A DNA stretch of 64,000 nt from Dehalococcoidia bacterium (GTDB taxonomy: Bacteria > Chloroflexota > Dehalococcoidia > UBA2979), in NCBI GenBank assembly GCA_965247925.1, contig CBDFIB010000004.1:288539-352538 (forward strand), in the 5' to 3' direction. Of the stretch, positions 19,021-28,690 are shown in pieces (position 1 is the stretch's first letter; each line of letters starts with the position of its first letter). The position numbers were made by a program, and so were the translations under genes. Under the pieces are notes generated by a model that saw only the letters and a list, made by a program, of their open reading frames with translations, did no database searches and had not been told where the DNA came from.

Positions 19021-19701
19021 CTAGCTCGCCCCCGCGCGCAGCGCCCCCGCGTCCAGCCCGCGGAACGCAGCGATCGAGGGCAGGCGAACGTCCGGCGGCG
19101 GCTCGCCTTCGGCGACGCCCTCGCCAGCGTACGGGCCTTGCTCCACCAGCACCGTCGTCACGAGGTCGCCGAGGGCGGACTTCACGGCCGCGAGGATGCG
19201 CGGCTTGTCTTCGATCAGCACGTAGCGGCGCGCCGGGTAGCGCGCGCGGATCGCCTCGGTCTCCTGCTCCTTGTGCTCGAAGATCAGCACCCGGCCCTCG
19301 AAGGCGGCCTCGAGGCCGGACGCCTCGATCTTGTGGCGCTGGAAGCGCTCGTCGCCGTCGGAGGCGATCACCGGCAGGCCGAGGCCGCGCGCGTGTGCCA
19401 CGGCGTCGAGCGCGCCGGGGTAGAGGCAGCCCGCGAAGTCGAGGTTCCAGACCGCCTCCCTGACAGCCTCGCCGAGGGACGCGTCGCCGGCCTCGCGCGC
19501 GAAGCGCTCAAGGGTCTCGGGGAGATCGACGAGGCCGAGGTCGCGGCGGACCGCCTCGTACACCTGCCAGAAGCGCCGAGAACCCTCGGGACCAGCGGCC
19601 GCCTCGATCGCCGCGTCCAGCCCGGCCTTCACCGCCGCGCCGTCGATCAGCGTGTGATCGACGTCGAACAGCAGCACCAGATCCGACGGGGACGCAGCCA
19701 C
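19021..19701 (-). CDS. HAD-superfamily hydrolase
   Basis: LLFDVDHTLIDG motif I (DxDxT) near the N-terminus. Confidence 0.8.
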   Translation of the reverse strand: MAASPSDLVLLFDVDHTLIDGAAVKAGLDAAIEAAAGPEGSRRFWQVYEAVRRDLGLVDLPETLERFAREAGDASLGEAVREAVWNLDFAGCLYPGALDAVAHARGLGLPVIASDGDERFQRHKIEASGLEAAFEGRVLIFEHKEQETEAIRARYPARRYVLIEDKPRILAAVKSALGDLVTTVLVEQGPYAGEGVAEGEPPPDVRLPSIAAFRGLDAGALRAGAS

Positions 19702-19732
19702 CGGGGACTCCCCTCGCGACGCCCGCCGCGCG

Positions 19733-20989
19733 TCAGGTCGCGAGCGTGTCCTTGTGCGCGCGGCCGCCCTGCATGATCAGCCGCAACCGCTCCTGGTCCT
19801 GCAGCAGCGTGATGTCCTCGAGCGGGTCGCCGTCGACGACGATCAGGTCGGCGAGCTTGCCCGGCTCGAGGGTGCCGATCTCGTCTGACATGTGGATGCA
19901 CTCGGAGGCGGTCTTCGTCGTCGCGACGATCGCCTCCAGCGGCGTCATGCCGTGCTGCGTCATCAGCTCCAGCTCCCAGGCGTTCGTACCGTGCACGCCG
20001 ACGCCCGCGTCCGTGCCCATCGCGATCCGCACGCCCGCCTCGTGCGCCGCGCGGAAGCTCTCCGCGTTCGCGTCGATCACCTCGTAGGCCTTGCGCAGCG
20101 ACTGCGGCAGCACGGACTCCGGCGTCGCCTCCTCGCGCAGCACGATGCTGCGAGGCGCGTGGATCGTCGGCACGAGGAAGGCGCCGCGCTCCTTCATCAT
20201 CGCGATCGCCTCGTCGTCGAGGTAGAAGCCATGCTCGATCGACTCGACGCCCGCGCGGACGGCGTTCTTGATGCCCGCGGTGGCCTGCGCGTGCGCCATG
20301 CAGGTCTTCCCGACCATGCGCGCCTCGTAGACCATCACGGCGATCTCTTCCTCGGTGAACTGCGGCGAGCCGGGCTCGTCCGAGGGCGACATCACGCCGC
20401 CGGTGGCATGCAGCTTGATGAAGTCCGCGCCGACGCGGAGCACGGCGCGGACGGTCTTGCGCACCTCGTCCGGGCCGTCGCAGATCGTCTCGATCCACTC
20501 CGGGCCCCAGTGCCGCCAGAAGCGCACGCCGCTCGGCAGCACGCCATCGCCGTGCCCGCCGGTCTGCGAGAGCGCTCCGACGGCGATGCGCATGCGCGGC
20601 CCCGGAATCAGCCCGCGCTCGATCGCCAACTTGAACCCGGCCGGCGATCCGGACGCCTCGCGCACGGCGGTGAACCCGGCGTCGAGTGTGGCGAGCGCGT
20701 TCTGCGCCGCCTCGAAGGTCGCGAGCGTCGGCGGCGTCAGCGCCCGCTGCTGCATCGACTTCCACGAGCTGTAGAAGTGCACATGCGAATCGATCAGCCC
20801 CGGCAGCAGCGTCATCCCCGAGGCGTCGATCACCTCGGCGTCCTGCGGCAACCGGTCGAGGCTGCCGACGCTCGCGATCCGCCCGTCCTCGATCACCAGA
20901 CTCGCGCCCGGCACGGGATCAGCGCCCGTGCCGTCGATCAGCGTGACGCCGGTGATGGCGAGCGTGCCGGGGGCGACGGCGGAGCTCAT
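19733..20989 (-). CDS. amidohydrolase-family protein (metal-dependent hydrolase)
   Basis: 418 aa, LLPGLIDSHVHF metal-binding motif. 4-nt overlap with the next gene. Confidence 0.85.
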   Translation of the reverse strand: MSSAVAPGTLAITGVTLIDGTGADPVPGASLVIEDGRIASVGSLDRLPQDAEVIDASGMTLLPGLIDSHVHFYSSWKSMQQRALTPPTLATFEAAQNALATLDAGFTAVREASGSPAGFKLAIERGLIPGPRMRIAVGALSQTGGHGDGVLPSGVRFWRHWGPEWIETICDGPDEVRKTVRAVLRVGADFIKLHATGGVMSPSDEPGSPQFTEEEIAVMVYEARMVGKTCMAHAQATAGIKNAVRAGVESIEHGFYLDDEAIAMMKERGAFLVPTIHAPRSIVLREEATPESVLPQSLRKAYEVIDANAESFRAAHEAGVRIAMGTDAGVGVHGTNAWELELMTQHGMTPLEAIVATTKTASECIHMSDEIGTLEPGKLADLIVVDGDPLEDITLLQDQERLRLIMQGGRAHKDTLAT

Positions 20990-21369
20990 GCGTCCAGGCC
21001 CTGGTCGCGCAGCACCTGCTTGGCGATGCGCATCGCCTCGAGCGCGGCCGGGGCGCCGCAGTAGACCGCGACCTGCCGGATGACCTCGGATATCTCGGCC
21101 GGTGTGAGGCCGTTGCCGAGTCCCGCGCGTATGTGCGTCGCCAGCTCGGTCGAGCGACCGACGGCCGCGAGCATCCCGAGGTTCAGCAGGCTGCGGTCGC
21201 GGCGGCTGAGCCCGTCGCGCGTCCAGACCTGGCCCCAGGCGACCGCGGTCACGAACTCCTGGAACTCGCGATCGAAGTCCGTGACGCCCTCGAATGCGCG
21301 GTCCACGTACTCGTCGCCCAGTACCTCGCGCCGCACCTTGAGCCCAGCCTCGAACCCGTCAATCGGCAT
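20986..21369 (-). CDS. carboxymuconolactone decarboxylase-family (AhpD-like) protein
   Basis: 127 aa, FQEFVTAVAWGQVWTRDGLSRRDRSLLNL. Confidence 0.75.
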   Translation of the reverse strand: MPIDGFEAGLKVRREVLGDEYVDRAFEGVTDFDREFQEFVTAVAWGQVWTRDGLSRRDRSLLNLGMLAAVGRSTELATHIRAGLGNGLTPAEISEVIRQVAVYCGAPAALEAMRIAKQVLRDQGLDA

Positions 21370-21477
21370 GTCAGCCCCTCTCCGAATCTTCTCTCGAAGT
21401 CGCCCGAATCATACGGCCCGCCGCCGCAGGGGGCGGCGCGGGGCTACCATGCGCGGCGCAACGGGAGGAGCGAGGGC

Positions 21478-22419
21478 ATGGCGACGGTCCCCACACTGCG
21501 CGGCGAACTGGAGACGAGCGCGCTCGGCTTCACGCTGATGCACGAGCATCTCTTCCTCCAGACGCCCGCGCTCTACGACAACTACCCGCAGCTCTTCGAC
21601 CGCGACGCCGAGGTCGCCGCCGCCGCCGCCTTCTGCGAGCAGGCGCGCGCGGCAGGCGTCGAGACGATCGTCGACGTCACGACCGTGGACCTCGGGCGCG
21701 ACATCCGGCTGATGGCGGAGGTGGCGGAGCGGACGGAGCTGCAGGTCATCGCCGCCACGGGAGTGCACCTCAGGGTGCCGAACTACTTCCGCCGCAAGAC
21801 GCCGGACCGCGTTGTCGAGCTCTACCTGCACGACATCAACACCGGCATCGCCGGCACCGGCATCCGGGCGGGCGCGCTCAAGATCGCCACCGAGGAGTAC
21901 GAACCGGACGATGAACTGCAACTGCGCGCCATCGCGCTCGCGCACCGCGCGAGCGGCGTCCCGATCATGACGCACAGCAACCCGTTCGCCGGCTCCGGCG
22001 CGGACCAGCAGCGCGTCTTCGCCGCCGAGGGCGTCGACCTCTCACGCGTCGTGATCGGCCACTCCGGCGACTCGACGGACCTCGACTACCTGAGCGGGCT
22101 GATGGAGCGCGGCAGCGCGATCGGGATGGACCGCTTCGGATCCGGCCTCAACGCGACCACCGAGGAGCGGACCGACACCATCGCGAAGCTCTGCGCGCGC
22201 GGCTACGCCGACCGCATCGTGCTCAGCCACGACACCTCGCCACACATGCAGGGCGTGCCGCGCGATGTCGTCGACCGCGCGCTGCCGGAGGCGAACTTCC
22301 TGACGATCCCGAACGTCGTGGTCCCCGCCCTGCGCTCCCTCGGCGTCGCCGAGGACCAGATCGAGGCGATGACCGTCGCCAACCCGCGCCGCATCTTCGA
22401 GGCACAGGGCGCCTACTGA
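21478..22419 (+). CDS. phosphotriesterase-family (PTE-like) hydrolase/lactonase
   Basis: MATVPTLRGELETSALGFTLMHEHLF...IAATGVH...VPIMTHS. GGGAGGAG ribosome-binding site. Confidence 0.85.
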   Translation: MATVPTLRGELETSALGFTLMHEHLFLQTPALYDNYPQLFDRDAEVAAAAAFCEQARAAGVETIVDVTTVDLGRDIRLMAEVAERTELQVIAATGVHLRVPNYFRRKTPDRVVELYLHDINTGIAGTGIRAGALKIATEEYEPDDELQLRAIALAHRASGVPIMTHSNPFAGSGADQQRVFAAEGVDLSRVVIGHSGDSTDLDYLSGLMERGSAIGMDRFGSGLNATTEERTDTIAKLCARGYADRIVLSHDTSPHMQGVPRDVVDRALPEANFLTIPNVVVPALRSLGVAEDQIEAMTVANPRRIFEAQGAY

Positions 22420-23267
22420 CCGGCGCCGGCCAGCACTTCCGGCTCCAGCGTCCGCTCCAGCCACTCCAGCATCGCCTCGGCGACCTGACGCCAGCCGGCG
22501 TCCAGCATCATGTCGTGCGCGACGCCCGGGAGGATCCGCGACTCCGCGCCGTACGCGTCCGCGATGCGCCGGATCGCCGAGGGCCGGATGAAGTAGTCGC
22601 GACCCCCTCCGAGCACCAGCAGCGGGACGCCTCGGATGCGGGCGCGGTCCGGCCGGGCGTACATCAGTTGCACGAGCGCGAGGGAGGACTCGCTGCCCAT
22701 GCGGGCCGCGTACTCGCGCACCTGCTCCTCGCCCAGCTCCGGAGAGAAGAAGAACTTGCTGACGAGTTCGGGCGTTGCGAACAGCCTGCGCGGCGTCCCG
22801 CTGAGGAGCGCCTGCAACGAGAGCCACGGATGCTCGCGCAATGTCCGCAGGGCCGGGCCGAGCAGTCCGCGCACCGACGGCGGCGCGAGCAGCGCAGCGG
22901 CGGGCGCCTCGTGCGCCTCGAGGTACTTCTGCACCACCAGGCCGCCGAGGGAGTGCCCGACAAGCACCGGATCGCGCGGCAGGCTCGCGGCCACCTGCTC
23001 GACATCGCTCACATAGTCGGCGATCGAGGTCCAGCGCAGCCGCTCGCGGCCGGCGCTCTTGCCGTGGCCGCGCAGGCTCAGCGCGTACGAGTCGAAACCG
23101 TGCTCCGCGAAGAAGTCGAGGAAGTGCTCGGCCCAGCACCACGCACCGTGGCCCGCGCCATGCACGAATAGCAACGGCGGGCGGTCAGACTCGCCAGCGC
23201 ACTCTCGTGCGATGACCTCCAGGTCGTATGCCATGAGTACAGGGTGCATCTCGGGCAGCGGGGCCAC
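22413..23267 (-). CDS. alpha/beta-fold hydrolase
   Basis: LLFVHGAGHGAWCW...LVGHSLGGLVVQKY nucleophile elbow. The start may be the internal MAYDLEV. Confidence 0.8.
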   Translation of the reverse strand: MAPLPEMHPVLMAYDLEVIARECAGESDRPPLLFVHGAGHGAWCWAEHFLDFFAEHGFDSYALSLRGHGKSAGRERLRWTSIADYVSDVEQVAASLPRDPVLVGHSLGGLVVQKYLEAHEAPAAALLAPPSVRGLLGPALRTLREHPWLSLQALLSGTPRRLFATPELVSKFFFSPELGEEQVREYAARMGSESSLALVQLMYARPDRARIRGVPLLVLGGGRDYFIRPSAIRRIADAYGAESRILPGVAHDMMLDAGWRQVAEAMLEWLERTLEPEVLAGAGQ

Positions 23268-23379
23268 GAAGGCGCGAGGGCGGGAACCGGCCCCTCATCC
23301 CTGCCTCGCGCTTCATCGTGAAGCGCCGCTGCATCTATAGTCCAGCGGCGAGTCCGGGCGCGGACCGGGAGGAGCAGCG

Positions 23380-24603
23380 ATGAGCGAGGGCGCCCTCGAG
23401 GGACTGCGGATCCTCGACCTCACGCAGGGGGTCGCCGGCCCCTACTGCACCAAGCTGCTCAGCGACTACGGCGCCGACGTGCTCAAGATCGAGCGCCCCG
23501 AGGGCGGCGACCCGGCGCGCCGCGCCGGCCCCTTCCCCGACGACGAGCCGCACCCCGAGCGCAGCGGCCTCTTCCTCGATCTCAACACCGGCAAGCGCAG
23601 CCTCACCCTCAACCTCAAGACCGAGAGCGGGCAGCGGATCCTGCGCCGCCTCGCCTCCGACAGCGACGCCGTCGTCGAGAACTTCCGGCCCGGCACCCTC
23701 GCCCGGCTCGGCCTCAGCGAGGAGCAGCTCGCCGAGCTGAACCCCGCCACCGCGCTCGTCTCGATCTCGAACTTCGGGCAGCACGGGCCGTACCGCGACT
23801 TCGAGGCGGACGACATGCTGCTCTACGCGATGGGCGGCGGGCTCGCCATCACCGCCTACCCCGGCCGCGAGCCGAGTCGGCCCTGGCTCTACGCCCCGCT
23901 CTTCCTCGCAGGCGCGATGTCCGCCTCCTACAGCCTCGGCGCGATCACCTCGAGCGTGCGCTTCGGCGAGGGCGAGCGCGTCGACCTCTCGATCCAGGAG
24001 ATCCTCGCCAGCTCGCTCGACCGCGCCTCGCAGAACCTGATGGCCTACTCCTACGGTGGCGAGCTATTCGTCACCGAGAACTGCAACCTGCGCGCCAGCG
24101 CCTTCCCCAACGGCGTCTACGGCGGCCAGCTGCCCTGCAAGGACGGCTACGTCAACTTCCTCTGCTACCCCTACTGGTGGGACCGCTTCTGCCGCATGGT
24201 CGGCCGCGAGGACCTGATCGACGACAAGAGCTACTCCGACAACCTGCTCGACCCGGCGTTCGGGCCGCAGCTCGACGCGCTGATCTACCCCTGGCTGCTG
24301 GAGCGCACCAAGATCGAGGTGATGGACGCGGCGCAGGCGCAGGGCGTGCCCGTGGCCGCGCTCAACACCACCGCCGATCTCTTCGCCGACCGCCAACTGC
24401 GCGCGCGCGGCTACTTCGTCGAGCTCGACCACCCGGAGACCGGCCCTCGCGAGTACCCCGGCGCGCAGTTCAAGATGAGCGAGACGCCCGCCTCGATCCG
24501 CCGCGCGCCGCTGCTCGGCGAGCACACCCTCGAGGTGCTCACGGAGCAGCTCGGCTACACCCCCGAGGACGTCTCGATCCTGAGGCAGCGCAATGTCGTC
24601 TGA
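23380..24603 (+). CDS. family III CoA-transferase (CaiB/BaiF family)
   Basis: LRILDLTQGVAGPYCTKLLSDYGADVLKIERPEGGD N-terminal signature. Confidence 0.9.
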   Translation: MSEGALEGLRILDLTQGVAGPYCTKLLSDYGADVLKIERPEGGDPARRAGPFPDDEPHPERSGLFLDLNTGKRSLTLNLKTESGQRILRRLASDSDAVVENFRPGTLARLGLSEEQLAELNPATALVSISNFGQHGPYRDFEADDMLLYAMGGGLAITAYPGREPSRPWLYAPLFLAGAMSASYSLGAITSSVRFGEGERVDLSIQEILASSLDRASQNLMAYSYGGELFVTENCNLRASAFPNGVYGGQLPCKDGYVNFLCYPYWWDRFCRMVGREDLIDDKSYSDNLLDPAFGPQLDALIYPWLLERTKIEVMDAAQAQGVPVAALNTTADLFADRQLRARGYFVELDHPETGPREYPGAQFKMSETPASIRRAPLLGEHTLEVLTEQLGYTPEDVSILRQRNVV

Positions 24604-25957
24604 CGGAGCATCCGGCGCCGCGCCCGAACCCCGCCGCGAGACGCGGCTGCCCCTCGAGGGCGTGCGCGTGCTCTCGCAGGCGATCGTCTGGGCGGGGCCG
24701 GCGGCCAGCCTGATCCTCGCCGACCTCGGCGCCGAGGTGATCGAGATCGAGTCGATCCAGCACGTCAACCCGACGCGCTCGAACTATCGCAACCTGCCCG
24801 AGCTCTACCTGCAGGGCCCCTTCGGCGCGCTCTACACGGACCGCGACCCGAGCGAGGGCTTCTGGAACCGCAACGCCCACTTCAACTACTCGAAGCGCAA
24901 CCACAAGAGCATCACGCTGGACATCGAACGGCCCGACGGCATCGGGCTGCTGCGCGAGCTCGTGCGCGTCTCGGACGTCTACATCGAGAACAACGCCGTG
25001 GGCGTGGTCGAGAAGTTCGGGCTGGATTACCCGCGGCTCGCCGAGCTCAATCCGCGCATCATCCAGGCGCGCTTCCCCGGCTTCGGGACGACCGGCCCCT
25101 ACCGCAGATTCAAGGGCTTCGCCCCCACGATGGACGCGCTCGGCGGCCACACCTACCTGCGAGGCTATCGCGACAGCGATCCCTCCTTCACCCCCGGCCT
25201 CGCGCACGGCGACCCCAACGCCGGCATCCACGTCGCCTTCGCCGTCCAGGCCGCGTTGTTCGCGCGCGAGCGCACGAGCCGAGGGCAGATGATCGACCTC
25301 TCGCACGTCGAGGCCGGGCTGCACCACATCTCGTGGGCGCTGATGGACTACTCCTTCAACGGGCGCGTGCGGAGCACGTTCGGCAACCGTCACCCCTCGA
25401 AGGCGCCGAGCGGCGTCTTCCGCTGCGTCGACGCGCCGGGCGAGCAGACCGAGTCGAGCCGCCGCCGCTGGATCGCGATCGCCGTCGACAGCGACGAGCA
25501 GTTCGCCGCGCTCGCCGCGGAGATGGGCGCGCCGGAGCTGGCCGGCGACCCGCGCTTCGCCACCCTCGAGGCGCGCTACGAGGCCCAGGACGAGCTCGAG
25601 CCGCTGATCGAGGCGTGGACCTCGCAGCACGTAGCGCGCGAGCTGATGGAGCGGCTGCAGGCCGCGGGCGTGCCCGCCACGGAGCTGCTGCGTCAGGAGG
25701 AGCTGCGCGAAAACGAGCACCTGCGCGAGCGCGGCTTCTGGCAGGAGGTTGATCACCCGGCGGCGGGCACGCACAGCTACCCGGCCCCCGTCGCGCGCTT
25801 CCGCGAGCGCCCGCTGCGCATCCGCAGCCACGCCCCGCTGCTCGGCCAGCACAACCGCGAGGTGCTGCAGGACCTCCTCGGCGTCAGCGACGAGCGCTAC
25901 GCCCAGCTCCTCGACGCCGAGGTCATCGGCACCCGCTACCTCGACGACGCGACGTAG
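24593..25957 (+). CDS. family III CoA-transferase (CaiB/BaiF family)
   Basis: VRVLSQAIVWAGPAASLILADLGAEVIEIES. Overlaps the upstream paralog by 11 nt. Confidence 0.9.
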   Translation: MSSDGASGAAPEPRRETRLPLEGVRVLSQAIVWAGPAASLILADLGAEVIEIESIQHVNPTRSNYRNLPELYLQGPFGALYTDRDPSEGFWNRNAHFNYSKRNHKSITLDIERPDGIGLLRELVRVSDVYIENNAVGVVEKFGLDYPRLAELNPRIIQARFPGFGTTGPYRRFKGFAPTMDALGGHTYLRGYRDSDPSFTPGLAHGDPNAGIHVAFAVQAALFARERTSRGQMIDLSHVEAGLHHISWALMDYSFNGRVRSTFGNRHPSKAPSGVFRCVDAPGEQTESSRRRWIAIAVDSDEQFAALAAEMGAPELAGDPRFATLEARYEAQDELEPLIEAWTSQHVARELMERLQAAGVPATELLRQEELRENEHLRERGFWQEVDHPAAGTHSYPAPVARFRERPLRIRSHAPLLGQHNREVLQDLLGVSDERYAQLLDAEVIGTRYLDDAT

Positions 25958-26029
25958 CCGGGGGGCCGCGGGTATCTCAGACCAGCAGCATTCCTGGAGG
26001 TGAGATTGCCGGGCAGAGTCCTGCCTGGA

Positions 26030-26206
26030 TCATGACCAGAATCTGATCGCGGCCAAGATGACCGCTGTTGCGATTGAGATGATTCCGATGGAGTACGTGA
26101 GAAAGTGGCGTTCAAGCTCGGAGCGCATCTGCTGGAGATCGGCCTTCGTGGCAAGGTGCTCGTAGGCGCCTTCGAGGCGGGCAATGCGGTCGGATCCGGT
26201 TGTCAC
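26030..26206 (-). CDS. possible small membrane protein (GTG start); coiled N-terminus and C-terminal TM helix, XhlA-like
   Basis: GGAGGGG ribosome-binding site 6 nt before the GTG. VTTGSDRIARLEGAYEHLATKADLQQMRSELERHFLTYSIGIISIATAVILAAIRFWS. Not in the ORF track. Confidence 0.3.
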   Translation of the reverse strand: MTTGSDRIARLEGAYEHLATKADLQQMRSELERHFLTYSIGIISIATAVILAAIRFWS

Positions 26207-26261
26207 GGTTCCCCTCCGCTGCCCGATTGTACCCCGAGTCGGCCGGTTGGCGGTTTGAGCG

Positions 26262-26621
26262 ATGCTTGATCAAGCGACGCCGGACGACGTCATCGAGCGG
26301 ATCGTCGAGGTAGTGGAGCCGGAGAAGATCATCCTCTTCGGGTCCACGGCCCGCGGCGACGCGGACGCCAACAGCGACATCGACCTGCTCATCATCAAGG
26401 AGGGAGCGGACGCGCTCGACCTCATGGCGCGCATCTACGGGAGGCTGCACGGCGTCGGAGCAGCGGTCGACGCGATCGTGGTCTCGCCCGATGACGTCGA
26501 GCGCTACAAGGACAGCCACGCACTGATCATCAAGCCCGCCGTCCACGACAGGCGCGACGCTACGAGACCTCGATCCCGATGCGACAGTGATCGCTGGGAC
26601 CCCACTGCTCCGGCTCGTTGA
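26262..26621 (+). CDS. minimal nucleotidyltransferase (MNT-type, Pol-beta superfamily); no HEPN partner recognised
   Basis: ILFGSTARGDADANSDIDLLI matches the GSxxRG...DxD nucleotidyltransferase motif. Confidence 0.65.
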   Translation: MLDQATPDDVIERIVEVVEPEKIILFGSTARGDADANSDIDLLIIKEGADALDLMARIYGRLHGVGAAVDAIVVSPDDVERYKDSHALIIKPAVHDRRDATRPRSRCDSDRWDPTAPAR

Positions 26622-27387
26622 TTGCTCGCACGCTCACAGAGTCGGCCAACCCCCTGGAGGCAAATACGAAATCCAGTTGCCGGGTCGCTGCAGCAGGACC
26701 CCCCTGCCGGACCGAGTAGTACGTGGGCACATTGGCGCTTCCTCGCGGAAGCTCCCTGGGCCATGGATCTGCCTGCCGACCGTGAGGGTGTTGAGGACCG
26801 ATGAAGGGCAGACCCAGCGCCTTCATCCTCTCGAACACCGTTCCGTAACGTAGGGCCCAGTATCGGTTCCCATGCTCCCCGTGACCGTGGAGGATGTTGA
26901 GGTCTCCGGCAGCCAGAATGCGATGGCCCCTCTGGCTCCCGATGAACGCGGACAGGTCCGAGACTACGCGATGAGCCGAGGCGTCCGAGACAATCCGTTT
27001 GCTGCCGGTGGATGCGTGGGGCCGCGTCCATAGCGAGTACATGGAAATGGCGACAAAGGGATCAACGTCGGGCGAGCTCACGACAGCTGCCGTGAGTGTG
27101 CCCTGACGGCTGACGGCGAACTCCCCGCCACCTGCATCCTCGAGCGGCCTTGCCTCGATCCACTCCACGCTGACGCGATCCGAGAGCTTTGCAATAGCCG
27201 TCCGCCACGGCCGGTTGCGCGCACCGGCGGTGCGCCAGGGGGCGGGATCCACGTCGACCTGGCTCGCGATCTCCGGCGGCGGTGCGCCGGCCTCCTGCAA
27301 GAGCGCGATGTCCGCATCCATGTCGATGAGGACACGCCAAGGCTCGCTCCGCTGCGCGACGTTCCAGGAGACTACCTTTACTGACAC
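26560..27387 (-). CDS. endonuclease/exonuclease/phosphatase (EEP) family protein
   Basis: VKVVSWNVAQRS start and C-terminal SDHCRIGIEVS are EEP hallmarks. Its 3' end overlaps the MNT ORF by about 60 nt. Confidence 0.8.
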   Translation of the reverse strand: MSVKVVSWNVAQRSEPWRVLIDMDADIALLQEAGAPPPEIASQVDVDPAPWRTAGARNRPWRTAIAKLSDRVSVEWIEARPLEDAGGGEFAVSRQGTLTAAVVSSPDVDPFVAISMYSLWTRPHASTGSKRIVSDASAHRVVSDLSAFIGSQRGHRILAAGDLNILHGHGEHGNRYWALRYGTVFERMKALGLPFIGPQHPHGRQADPWPRELPRGSANVPTYYSVRQGGPAAATRQLDFVFASRGLADSVSVRAINEPEQWGPSDHCRIGIEVS

Positions 27388-27403
27388 TTGACAGCCCTGC
27401 CCC

Positions 27404-28690
27404 TCAAACCCCCGCAGCAGCGTCCGGCACGTTGCGCGTGACGCCGAGGGCGGCGAGGTCGGCGATCTCGGAGTCGGAGAGGCCGGCGACGTCGCGCAGC
27501 ACCTCGGTGGTGTGCTCGCCGAGCAGCGGGGCGTGGCGCGGGGTCCAGCCGGGGGTGCGGCTGAGCTTGAAGGGGCGGCTGAGGTGCGGGATGCGGCCGG
27601 CCGCCGGGTGGGTCACCGGCTCCCAGAAGCCGCGCTCCACCAGTTGCGGGTCATCGAGCAGCGTGTCGCCGCGATGCACCATGCCGGCCGGGACGCCGAG
27701 CGCCTGCAGTTGCTCCATCGTCGCGCGCGGGTCGCGCTCGCGCGTCCAGGCGGCGATCAGCGCGTCCGCCTCGTCGTGGTGGCGGCGCCGCCCCAGCAGC
27801 GTCGCGAAGCGCGCGTCCGAGGCCAGTTCGGCGCCGCCGATCAGCTCCGCGAGGGCGCGCCACTCGGCGTCCGAGCGCACCGTGATCGCGATCCAGGCGT
27901 CCTCGCCCGCCGCCGGGTAGACGCCCTGCGGGGCATGGACCTCGTGGCGGTTGCCCTGCGGCCCGCGCGTGCGGCCGTTCATCGTGTAGTCCATCAGCAT
28001 CTCCGGCACGATCGAGGTCGTGACCTCGCGCTGCGAGAGGTCGACGAACGAGCCCTCGCCCGTGCGGTCGCGGCGGCGCACGGCGGCGAGGATCACGCCC
28101 ACGCCGAGCATCGCCACCACCGGGTCGGGGAAGAAGGTGCCGGAGCTGGTCGGCGGGCCGTCGCGGTAGCCCGTGATCGAGGCGATGCCCGCCGTCTGCT
28201 CGAGGATCGCGCCGTAGGAGCCGTACTCGCGCTCCGGCCCGGTCGCGCCCTGGCTGGAGAAGGAGACGTAGACGATGTCCTGCTTCACGGCGCGCAACGC
28301 CTCGTAGCCCGCGCCGAGGCGATCGAGCACGCCGAAGCGGTAGCTCTCCGCGACCACGTCCGAGGCGGCGACGACGCGCTTCAGCGTCGCGATGCCCTCG
28401 GGCATGGTGAGGTCCAGGCAGATCCCGCGCTTGCTGCGGTTGCGGTCGTTGAACAGCCCCGCGCGGTTCCACGGCTCGGGGCCGGGGTCGTCGTTGGGGT
28501 AGATCGCGGTGCTGCCCTGCGGGTTGGGGTCGCCTCGCGCGGTGTCCGTGCGGCGGCCGGACTCGACCTTGATCACGTCGGCGCCCATGTCGCCGAGCAG
28601 CTTGAGCGCCAGCGGCCCCGCCCAGACCTGCGAGAGGTCGACGATGCGCAGCCCCTCGAGGGCGCCCAGTCCGTGTGGCTCAGCCGTCAC
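27404..28690 (-). CDS. family III CoA-transferase (CaiB/BaiF family)
   Basis: LRIVDLSQVWAGPLALKLLGDMGADVIKVES. The GTG start overlaps the stop of the upstream paralog. Confidence 0.9.
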   Translation of the reverse strand: MTAEPHGLGALEGLRIVDLSQVWAGPLALKLLGDMGADVIKVESGRRTDTARGDPNPQGSTAIYPNDDPGPEPWNRAGLFNDRNRSKRGICLDLTMPEGIATLKRVVAASDVVAESYRFGVLDRLGAGYEALRAVKQDIVYVSFSSQGATGPEREYGSYGAILEQTAGIASITGYRDGPPTSSGTFFPDPVVAMLGVGVILAAVRRRDRTGEGSFVDLSQREVTTSIVPEMLMDYTMNGRTRGPQGNRHEVHAPQGVYPAAGEDAWIAITVRSDAEWRALAELIGGAELASDARFATLLGRRRHHDEADALIAAWTRERDPRATMEQLQALGVPAGMVHRGDTLLDDPQLVERGFWEPVTHPAAGRIPHLSRPFKLSRTPGWTPRHAPLLGEHTTEVLRDVAGLSDSEIADLAALGVTRNVPDAAAGV

